From: Phoronis australis
Taxonomy: Eukaryota > Animalia > Phoronida
Reading direction: 5' to 3'
NCBI GenBank assembly: GCA_002633005.1
Contig: NMRA01000183.1
Coordinates: forward strand, 435,553 to 499,552
DNA length: 64,000 nt
Shown here: piece after piece, positions 27,611 to 37,967 of the stretch
Numbering within the stretch: position 1 is the first letter of the stretch
How the letters are laid out: every line of letters begins with the position of its first letter
Made by a program: the position numbers and the translations under genes
The notes under the pieces: generated by a model
What the model was told of the DNA's origin: nothing
Databases searched by the model: none
What the model saw: only the letters and a program-made list of their open reading frames with translations

Positions 27611-30544
27611 CATGACACAAATAGGGCCGCTTTTAAAGCTAAAACGTATTTACAAGTAATACGATATCCTTTTTTAAAATTATAAGAATTGAACAGTCTT
27701 GGTTTTATTTCTAAATTGATGGTAAGGAGCACTAACAATTAAGATGGCTGCCACATGTGAATGCTGATAATGCTTAGTTTTTGAATCGCCAACATCGCCC
27801 AACTGAAGTTACGACAATCTATTTTTCCGAACGTGTACCAATTCACTCCGGCGTGACTGTGTTCGCACGTGGTCTATAATAAGCTTGGTAGATAATTGGC
27901 CTGCCTGTTGTCATACCAGTCAAAAGACTGTGCTTAGCAGTTAACAAAGAAGCTAGATGTTATTTCACGCTCACAACCCTCTACGTCTGGTAAAGTCACT
28001 GAACGGGAGAACGCCGTCATGGTATTCCCTAAAGAATCAAAGATGTCAGCCGCAAACGTATAGTACGTGAATGTTTGCGGTAATAAGAAATTGAAGAACT
28101 GTTATTATGATGCAGTTTCTTGGGGCAAACTCTGCATAAGCACTGACTGCAGATTATAGTAGGCGGCCTACTGGGGAAGGGTAGCACCCCCCACCCCCAC
28201 CCCCCTATGGTGCGCTGCCCTGCTAAGAGCCTCTGTGTAGGTGTTTCTCGACCTACCTGTATAGCCACCCGGAATAATTTTGTTTATGCGGTTGGCCAGC
28301 TTCAGACAGATAAAAATTCTTCCCATCTACGACGTGGTCGACTGACGACCCGGGCAATGAAAATTGGCGCCAGATGGGTGGAGGGGATGAATGGAGAGAA
28401 GAATATAAAGATCGCTAACATGTGGCTAAGTGCCTGGAACATCAGAGCTAGAGAACACGGGGATAGAACGCAGTGGTTCTGGGGAACATAATCAGAGTAA
28501 TGGGTCCAAGGAATGTCGCAATGCAACGGGTCGATTATCAAGTAAACACCCGGACCACTTACATGTAAACATAGAGTCGAGCCCGGCTGGAAACTCATAG
28601 TTAGCACTGTCGCTGTTTTCTTTTGATGTGCGGCTTTGGAGTGGCGTGCGCGTGAATTCCCAAAATCGCAATTACTGGATCCAGTGCATGTTACAATGGG
28701 ATCCACATTTGTGAGTGACAAGTGACTGTTACGTACACTAGTGCTCAGCCCCAGGAGAAGGGCTTGAAAATTCGTTTGCTGTCTAGACATGAAGAAACGA
28801 GACGCATACTTAAACAGGCCGGTATTTGACTTTATTTCCAAGTCACGGTCTGCCAGGACATTGCGCGCAAACAGCGGGACATACCATTGCCGCAGTGCGA
28901 TGATGTTGTCAGGAATATTGTAATAGGTTAATCAGGACATCTTGCATGAAAAAGAAATATTTGTCATCACAAAGTCGATAATTTGGTCGTTAATGAGTGA
29001 AACATCGCTGTGACGATTTATCACATATTTATAATGTGGTCCGATTTTTTTGCCGGCGCATCCAAAAATTTTCAAAAGTAGCCGAAAGCACTAGCCAATG
29101 AAACGCGCCAAAGATCGACATGTTTACAACCAAAGAGATGGCTGCTCTCATCTTGATTTGGCAACAACTAAATAAAGGCCAGGTTTCCCCTTGCACTAAA
29201 AGTTTTGATTGACGACTGGCTCATGTCCGCTTACCCCCTATTCTTATCTTCTTTGCCTGGCGTGTTTCTCCTAACGTCAAGTGAGCGGCGTCGGGCGTTC
29301 GAGATAAGACAGCCCCACTAAACCTTACGTTGACATTTCATTGTGTCACTGTCTCGAATATAAACATTCCTAACCACAAAAAAACACACCCAAATTAGTT
29401 TTCAAACATTTATTTCGTCAAAGAACTAATTAATCGCTCTCTGACTCAGAATTTGACAGGTAATACGCGCACAGTTCTACTTATGTCATGGGACTATAAT
29501 CATGAATATAATCTATATGATGTAACTCTGCAACACGTGATGCTTGCACGCGCGGACATCTGCACTGTTGCCACGTGAAAATACATGTAGTTACAATCGA
29601 AGTGGAATGGTCACTTGTCGTCTTGGCACTACAGTTGCCGAAATCAGCTCAAACAAGACCGGGAGACGACACGGTCCTATTACTTTGCAATTTTGTAAAT
29701 TTTTGGTGTAGGACTCATTTGAGAGTAACAAAGTCATTGTTAAGGAAAATCTGCTGTTATGACATTTTCCCGCCATTTGGCGACACACTGGAAATTTTAT
29801 CGCCATTTCTACATTTGCTGTCACCAAAAATGGTGATCTGAATAACGTCAAAATCTCGACTTTTCAAGCACTATACTAGCGTAGTATAATAAATCATGAA
29901 TTCCAATTGCCCGAATAGAATTGGCGCTTATTCCTTTTGGGTTCTTTTATAAGAATGTGAATTTTCATTTTACCTAAACAAAAAAGCGTGTACGAATTAT
30001 TTTCCCACGCAAATTAGTGTACGAACTATTTTTCCTCGGCTCCTACTGTACGAATTATTAGAGACCAACGCAATGCTTGAGGGCTGTGTACGAAATAATG
30101 GAATGAACGAAATATTAGAGAAAACACTAAACGGGTTAAATCATTTTTGAAAATCGTAATGATATCTGATCCTGTTGAAATTAAAAAATGGCATCAATGG
30201 TTTTCTGCATCCGTGAAATTGTAAACCAAATGTCTCATTTCCGTAAGACGGTAAACACATGTACATGTACATGTATCAGAAGAATGTGTGCAAAAGAATG
30301 AATTTCTTTCGAGATGAAGTACAATGGTTGCCGTAGTAATTTTGAAAATCTACTTTCAGCGTATTAGATTTGCGGATAGTAGCAAACAGGCACAGCTCCT
30401 TGACGACCAAGATCATCATTTGAACCTTTCGATATGGACATGACTTTATAAAAACTGATCTGAGCTGTTCAATAAATAACAGACTTTTCATGTTAAAGCT
30501 CTATAACTAAATACTGGTCCATTGAGATAAAACAGAGAAATAAA

Positions 30545-30611
30545 CAAGGGTGGTGCACCACAGGGGGCTGGGGGTTGCCCCTCCACATATTTGAGTGGTG
30601 CACCGCCCATG
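30545..30611. mobile_element. Tiny MITE with CA..TG termini and 5-bp TSD
   Basis: CAAGGGTGGTGCACCAC ... GTGGTGCACCGCCCATG flanked by ATAAA on both sides; related sequence at about 32750-32883. Confidence 0.7.
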
Positions 30612-31273
30612 ATAAAGGCCACTCTTAGCATCCCCCTACCCCCCACCTAACCCTATTGATAGATTACGTTCAGTTCATTATTTTTTAGCTTTTTGTCATC
30701 CGCCGAGGTCGAATTTCTCCCGTTTTAATTTCACTGGCAGCCATCCTGCACTGACTTGGCAGCCGATGAGTCTTCTGGAAATGTATGGAACAGTTTTCTT
30801 CATCCATAATAATTTCAAAAGTTTTTGCTTTTTCTGTGAGCCATTACTACACCCACCACACAGCAGTGGAAATTTATTATAACAGGGAAGGTGTTAAGGC
30901 GTTTTCATTATGTAGGTTGAAACCTCATCTCCGCGTTACACCGGATCTGTAGGTAGCGCTAAACGCCTGTCCTCTCGAAACACTTCACACCGTCTAGTGG
31001 AATTTCAATATGATTTCAATATGGTTATTTTGAGAAAAGCTCATATGTGAGTTTGTAGTCAATTCTAATTTGTCATAAATATTTTAATACGAGTTAAGCC
31101 AATTAAGGCCTCCCGACATATGTGTTATTGGAATTATGTAATCACCTATAAGCTTAGGAAAAATGAGCCATTTTACTAGGCGTGTTGCGAGTGGGTGAAT
31201 CGTGTCAGTCATGAATACGTCATTGCCCAACTGCTAACTACACGATTAAAGAATTATAATACAAACTACTTAC

Positions 31274-31399
31274 GTTTGCACTCGTTTGTTGTGTCACGAA
31301 CGAAACCTGCTTTACATTTGCATGTTTTGTCATTTGTATCACATACTTCATTTGTTCCACACTTTGTACCACCTTGAGCACATGCAACTTCGGAGCCCA
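31274..31399 (-). CDS. Array-2 exon 5: 6-Cys EGF/EB-like module
   Basis: CAG..GTAAGT, 126 nt, phase 1-1; (L)GSEVACAQGGTKCGTNEVCDTNDKTCKCKAGFVRDTTNECK. Confidence 0.9.
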
Positions 31400-32267
31400 C
31401 TGTAATGATAGCAAGTATGCCTAGGTTAGAACTGTAATGATTATCAAGAATGTTTAGGTTAGAACTAATGATAGCATGTATGTTTAGGTTAGAACTGTAA
31501 TGATAACAAGTATGTTTAGGTTAGAACTGCAATGATAGCATGTATGTTTAGGTTAGAACTGTAATGATAACAAGTATGTTTAGGTTATAGAACTGTAATG
31601 ATAGCAAGTATTTTAGGATAGAACTGTAATGATAACAAGTATGTTTAGGTTAGAACTGTAATGAAAGCAAATGTGCTTAGGGTAGAACTGTCATGATATC
31701 AAGTATGTTTAGCTTAGAACTGTAACGATAGCAAGTATGTTTAGGTTATAGAACTGTAATGACAGCATGTATGTTTAGGTTAGAACTGTAATGATAACAA
31801 GTATGTTTAGGTTAGAACTGTAATGATAGCAAGTATGTTTAGGTTATAGAACTGTAATGACAGCATGTATGTTTAGGTTAGAACTGTAATGATAACAAGT
31901 ATGTTTAGGTTAGAACTGTAATGATAGCAAGTATGTTTAGGTTAGAACTGTAATGATAACAAGTATGTTTAGGTTAGAACTGTAATGATATCAAGTATGT
32001 TTAGGTTAGAACTGTAATGATAGCAAGTATGTTTAGGTTATAGAACTGCAATGATAGCCAGTATGCCTAGGTTAGAACTGTTGTGCTTGCAAGTATGTTT
32101 AGGTTACAACAGTAATGATAACAAGTGTGTTTAGGTTAGAACTGTAACGATAACTAGTATGCCTAGGTTAGAACTGTAGTGATAGCAAGTATGATTAAGT
32201 TAGAACTGTAGTGATAGCAAGTATGATTAAGTTAGAACTGTAGTGATAGCAAATATGCTTAGGTTAG
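31400..32267. repeat. 32-bp minisatellite, about 27 copies, abutting the exon-5 acceptor
   Basis: Plus-strand unit CTGTAATGATAGCAAGTATGTTTAGGTTAGAA; on the minus strand TTCTAACCTAAACATACTTGCTATCATTACAG. Confidence 0.97.
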
Positions 32268-33359
32268 CATTGGTATTAAAGAGGAAAAGCATGGCGTACA
32301 AAGTGCAAAATGTGGATACAAGCAACAGACACAATAGAATGAAAAGGATGTTGTCCAGCTGTTACACTGATAGAGCCGTTGTAATCTATGTGTGGGACAC
32401 ATGATAATGTGAAACTTTGACTATTTTCGGAGCATTATGCCTCAAAATCGCTTATTCAAATCTAATAAACCTTTGCTTTATGCACTGTTTGACAATAAGT
32501 TTTTACAATTTTCCACTTTGAGTGGCTGACGAACAGTATTCAGTATGAAAAGTCGCAAACGTTGCAATAAAAACAAAAATGTTACATTTTTGAGATGCTA
32601 TCATGCATGACATTTGCATGTAAAAATTTTAGCAAGTAGTTCTGATACCCTTTTTTACTTTACCATTTGCTTTATTTGTCTGAAAGCATGTTTGGCTAAA
32701 TGCCAATGAGATGGTAGGTGTGATCCCATCTAACAAATGGGAATGTTGCTTGGGCGGCGCACAATATGGGGCTGGGGAGCTATAGCACACCCCTTCCCCC
32801 ACTTTTTTCAGTGCTGCGCCGCCCATGGGCATGGGTGGCGCGCACCATAGCCCCCACTTATTTCAGTGCTGCGCCGTCCGTGCATGCGTTGATATAAATG
32901 TAATTACGATCAATTGTTGAAATTTAAAGAGAAGCAGTTGAAATAGCGGAAATACTTTGGCTCACTGGGCAAAGTGTCAAAATTGAATCTGTTGTCATCG
33001 TTGGCCGCCCAAAATTCATACATGACTGCGGTGTAATCAACGCTTGCCGATTTAGAAGACTTTTTTATGAGTTTTTGAACTTATAGACTTTTTGAAGTTT
33101 GTAAAGATTACAGAACATTATTTTCTTTATAATTTTTTAGTTAAATAGTCATCGTTAACGCCAATTCATGACCATAACCTGTTTTAAAATCTGTTTCAAT
33201 GCTTGCTTAGATATTTTTCCAGCAGTTTCTCTTGGACGTATTTCATACTACACTGTATAGCCCACTCATTAGGTCTACAATATTACTCATCAAGAATAAT
33301 TTCAACGAGGACCACCAAACGTAGCCAGCTACAATAACTAAAACAGGGCGTTTACTTAC

Positions 33360-33482
33360 GTTTACAGACCCCTTGATAACGAACATAGCCTGGCACACAT
33401 TTGCATTCTGGCTTTGCTTTGTCGCATCTTTCGTCTACAGGACACTTTGTCCCTCCGTCCTTGCAATTAACGCTGGTTTCAG
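33360..33482 (-). CDS. Array-2 exon 4: 6-Cys EGF/EB-like module
   Basis: TAG..GTAAGT, 123 nt, phase 1-1; (P)ETSVNCKDGGTKCPVDERCDKAKPECKCVPGYVRYQGVCK. Confidence 0.92.
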
Positions 33483-33808
33483 CTAGAAAAGTTATTCATC
33501 ACGTTCAGCAGCACCTTTGCAAACTTACGCTTATATTAAGAGGTCGTAAAAACTCTGTTTTTACAAAAATGCGGTTACTTTGGGAATATCAAATAGTTTG
33601 AATGTTTGCAGAAAATTCAAAATGCGCAGAACATTTAGGGGACATGTTTGAATCTCTACCGAGAATTTTTCGTGCAACCGAGAGCAGGTGTCCAGGAAAC
33701 GTCGACTTCCTGCAAAATTGTGGTTTACACAAGGTAGCTGTAGATGTATGTCAAAGAAAACTGTGATTTGTCATGTTCATACTTTTGTCTCTCCAGAGAT
33801 CTACTCAC

Positions 33809-33931
33809 GTTGACACGTCCCTGCATGACGAACATGGCCCGGCATACAGTCACAGCTCTTTTCTTTTTGATTGCACATTTCGTTTGCGCCACATTTCGTC
33901 CCTCCGTTTTCGCACGAAACCAAATCCTCAG
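33809..33931 (-). CDS. Array-2 exon 3: 6-Cys EGF/EB-like module
   Basis: AAG..GTGAGT, 123 nt, phase 1-1; (A)EDLVSCENGGTKCGANEMCNQKEKSCDCMPGHVRHAGTCQ. Confidence 0.9.
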
Positions 33932-34325
33932 CTTGAAAAAACATTAGGAGAAAATGACTTGAATAGTTATAAATCTTATGAGTTCGACTCTAACAATACA
34001 ATCAGCCGATCCGCTAAATTGCTCAACTAAATCTGTGGTGCCTCCCACAAATTTATTTTCTTTTACATCAAGTTATTGACAGCATTTGAAAATGCAACGC
34101 AACTCGCGGCTAAGAATTCATCACTCATCATTCAGTAAACACAGGAGGCTACTGCCAAATTTCGCGACCCAAGTTTCTTCAACTTTGAAACTACTATAGA
34201 CGCATAATGTGCATTGCCGTTCATGGCAGTTTCGACAAGGACCGTCAATGTTGACTTCGTTCGACTTTCGGCACCTTTGCTCCCAGAAGTGATAAACTAC
34301 GCCAATCTAACAAATTTGTACTCAC

Positions 34326-34448
34326 CTTTACATTCTGTTCCCTCGCGAACATGACCAGGCAAACAAACACATTTTTTTCCTATCTGGTCACAATTTTCAT
34401 TTGTTCCACACTTTGTCCCTCCATTCTCGCAGTTAACCAGGGCCTTTT
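34326..34448 (-). CDS. Array-2 exon 2: 6-Cys EGF/EB-like module
   Basis: CAG..GTGAGT, 123 nt, phase 1-1; (E)KALVNCENGGTKCGTNENCDQIGKKCVCLPGHVREGTECK. Confidence 0.92.
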
Positions 34449-36054
34449 CTGCAATGACGCCAACTAGATTAGCATTAAAAGAAAGACCAGTTGCAACAGC
34501 CGTCTAAACGTCATTCACACAGGGGAGCAATAGAGAGGCACAAAGCGTCGTTTATTTTATTTTAATCAATGTCTTCGTCTGGTTTGTGAGTGACAAGACA
34601 AGGGCTGAATAACATTGTTTTTTTGGCCACAGTAACAACAGAAAAGTGACGGAAAACAAGATGCAAGAGTCCATAATGATGATACAGTAAAACTATGTAC
34701 ATGAGAATAATATTGCATGAAGAGTATTAGTATCAATTAAGTTTATAGTGGTTGTTGTGTAATTAATTAAAGTATTAGTTGTTAACTGAAATTTGTTGCC
34801 TCCTATGAGTTCATAAGAAATGAATCAGCATATTTGTCTTTGACCACGTGCTTATGTTATGCTAGCAGAGTGTAAATTCACGGGAATAGTTCACCTTTGG
34901 GGTGAGCCAGTTCTGGCAACAACAATAGTCTTGTTATTATTCATCAGCACTTACTTAAAGATTTGTCTGTCCGTGACCATGTTTGGGGAAAGCTTAGGCT
35001 CATAGTTGGAATCGTATGATGTTGTTCCGAGAGATGCTTTGGAACTACGGGCAGCATTTGGAGGAAGTTTGTGGGCATTTATATTTTGATGTAACTCGCC
35101 CATCTTTATTCTGTTTGAAGAGATGCCACTGGTGTGCGTAGAAATATCGCAAGTTATAGAAATTCCATGGACTGAATTTCAAAGGAGATGCATTGTATCT
35201 AGCATTCGATGGACTGAATTCATGTTAATATATACGATGTTCGATGGACTGAACTTCATGATTGTTCCGAAGCATTTCATCAAGTGAATACTGCTTGGAA
35301 AATTGGATTAAATGATCCAGAGAGGAGGAAACTCTTGACAACAAGTGTAACACTGGATCCAAGGCCGACGCCAGGAACGGGAAACGTGATCACAAGCTAA
35401 TTAAATTAACTTTCTTTGTAAATCTTTACAATCGTTCATTTAGAGAAATTTAAACACTTAGTCAATAACAGCTTATCATTTAAAATGACTTATTCTTATT
35501 AAAATGACATAGGCAAAAAATTGAATTTCGGGCCTCAAAAGCGAGGCCTTCCATATTAATATAGGGGGCATCGCCGAAAGGCGGTCGAAGAGCAGGGCCA
35601 TCTCTATTAATATAGAAGGGCCCCGCTCCTCAGCCGCCTGTTATAATTTACGTCTTTGTTACATTTTACATTGCTAAGCCTCTTCTAAAATGTAGCGAGT
35701 TGTTATAAATATGTAATTATTACAATTTAAGTGAAGTGCACGTGCGAGAAATGTTCCATTGTTGCATTTTACTAAAGGGACGTCATGTTTCAAGAGTTTG
35801 CACGGAAGAAACGGATTGTTTGAATGAAATTCTGTCAAATGTGCTAGTTCGAATTTATAGATGTGTCCCTATGGGCTTGCCATTGTCATTTAACATGAAT
35901 GGTTTTTGTATAGTCAAAATGTGCCCTGTAGAGTTTCAACTCCTGACAAAAGTGTTTTCCAAGATCATGTAACAAGTTTATTAATCGAAAAGCGTTCTTG
36001 CATACTTTTGTTGGGGCTCACAGGTCATAAGCTAATTGTGTGTCCGGCATTACA

Positions 36055-36120
36055 TTAAACGCACTTCCCTTGGTATACACATCAGAAGCATTGACATCGT
36101 ACTTATGTATCACATATAAC
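36055..36120 (-). pseudogene. Possible decayed pseudo-exon of the array-2 module
   Basis: Minus frame reads VICDT*VRCQCF*CVYQGKCV*, resembling the module's CDT..CxC...YQGxC half but with stops and shortened spacing. Confidence 0.4.
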
Positions 36121-36704
36121 GAACTTCATTAAAACTTCAGGTAATAAATTCGAGATACCTGATATGGAAGTCAATTTAACAAGGGCGAAATATCATACAT
36201 GTCTTATCATCTATTTTTAAGACGCCCATTTACAAGAATCTTTAGCGTGATAAGCCGTAGCATCTGTTCGTATGTCGTAGCGGTGTGTTTATTTCATGTA
36301 AAATAAAAGGTTTTTAAAACTTGTTAGCATACAGAGCAAACTTAACGAATTAACTGGCAAATAACCTTCTACTATTTGTGCTACCGCAGTACCGGACCGG
36401 CAGTAGGTTGAGCAGACGATTAGAACAAGAAGTGGTGTGAAGGAAGAGAAATACTCGGAAAATGTCACTGAATTAATAAAAACATCAGATTACAAAACGT
36501 GTTTTAACTATTAACTATTTTGTTTGCTCATATTGACTAAATACAACACGGTTAAGAGCAAGAGGTTATGATTTCCGTGTTTGGCATAGTAATATGTTTA
36601 CCATAGCAAAGACTTTATCGTTTAGGTTGCGTGTTCGCGTATTTAAAACACGGTTTTCAGATTAATTTTCATCATGTTTGTTAAAATTAAATTTTTAGTA
36701 GGCA

Positions 36705-37270
36705 TTGAATATTTATATCATTGGAGATTTCTTCTTGAATATTTATGTCATTGGAGATTTGGTCTTGAATATTTAAATCATTGGAGATTTGAACTTGAAT
36801 ATTGATATCATTGGAGATTTGATCTTGAAAATTGATATCATGGGAGATTTGATCTTGAATATTTATATCATTGGAAATTTGATCTTGAATATTTATATCA
36901 TTGCAGGTTTGATCTGGAATATTTATATCATTGGCGATTTGATCTTGAATATTTATATCATTGGATATTTGATCTTGAATATTTATATCATTGGAGATTT
37001 GATCTTGAATATTTATATCATTGGAGATTTGATCTTGAATATTTATATCATTGGCGATTTGATCTTGAATATTTATATCATTGGATATTTGATCTTGAAT
37101 ATTTATATCATTGGATATTTGATCTTGAATATTTATATCATTGGAGATTTGATTTTGAATATTTATATCATTGGCGATTTGATCTTGAATATTTATATCA
37201 TTGGATATTTGATCTTGAATATTTATATCATTGGATATTTGATCTTGAATATTTATATCATTGGAGATTT
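36705..37270. repeat. 30-bp minisatellite, about 19 copies
   Basis: Unit TTGAATATTTATATCATTGGAGATTTGATC; it explains ORF 36789..37310. Confidence 0.97.
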
Positions 37271-37853
37271 TATCATGTTATTCATGACGTTCTTTTGCCA
37301 TGAATGGTAAATTTAATAAGATATCATAGTCGTCACGTGACTAAATAGCAGATGGGTATAAAAACAACAATCAAATGCTACAAGTTTTTTACCTTCTAAC
37401 TATATGACTGCATATACAGATATGTCGATAAGGTTCTAAATAACCTTAACTGATGTGCGTCGTAAAACCCACATCGACAATGACTCCGAGGATGTAAATG
37501 ATTGGCAGTCAACCGCCAATGATGTCACGTGTTAAGTAGGTATTGAACTCAGTCATACTGCTTAAAATCGTCATTTTTGACGTCAATGTGATTGTTTTCC
37601 AAATGACGACAGCCCGTGAGTCAAAGATCGGTATTGCGACTTCCTCATTTAATGATTATGGCAGTTTATATAATTTAGTCAATTTTTGGTCTAACACGTA
37701 TGTTCTGACTCATCCGGCTTGAAAGGAAACGCCAGATACCAACTTTAATTACGTACTAACAACTTTCAGTTGACGCATGTCTGTAATATCACGTTGCATG
37801 CAATTATTAAGAGGGTCAAACGTTCGCCGGATAATAAGTTTATTCGCACTTAC

Positions 37854-37967
37854 CTTTACAGACGCCTCCATCGCGAACCCAACCCACGACGCAGTTGCAT
37901 TGTTTTTTGGTTGTGTCGCAAACTTCTCCTGTTGAACACTTCGTCCCTCCATCTTTACAGGCTTTAT
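37854..37967 (-). CDS. Array-2 exon 1 (first recognised): 6-Cys EGF/EB-like module
   Basis: CAG..GTAAGT, 114 nt, phase 1-1; xKACKDGGTKCSTGEVCDTTKKQCNCVVGWVRDGGVCK. Confidence 0.9.

Noticed and set aside
27281-27738. Periodic ORFs (FRSLKFT)n and (HSSLHLG)n
   Set aside because: Both come from one 21-bp tandem repeat.
28207-28841. Long ORFs, including LSAWNIRA (APE motif-like) and a 179-aa minus-strand ORF
   Set aside because: A single weak motif with no downstream endonuclease motifs; probably unclassified transposon debris.
36789-37310. 173-aa hydrophobic ORF (LILNIYIIGD)n
   Set aside because: Translation of a 30-bp minisatellite, antisense within an intron.
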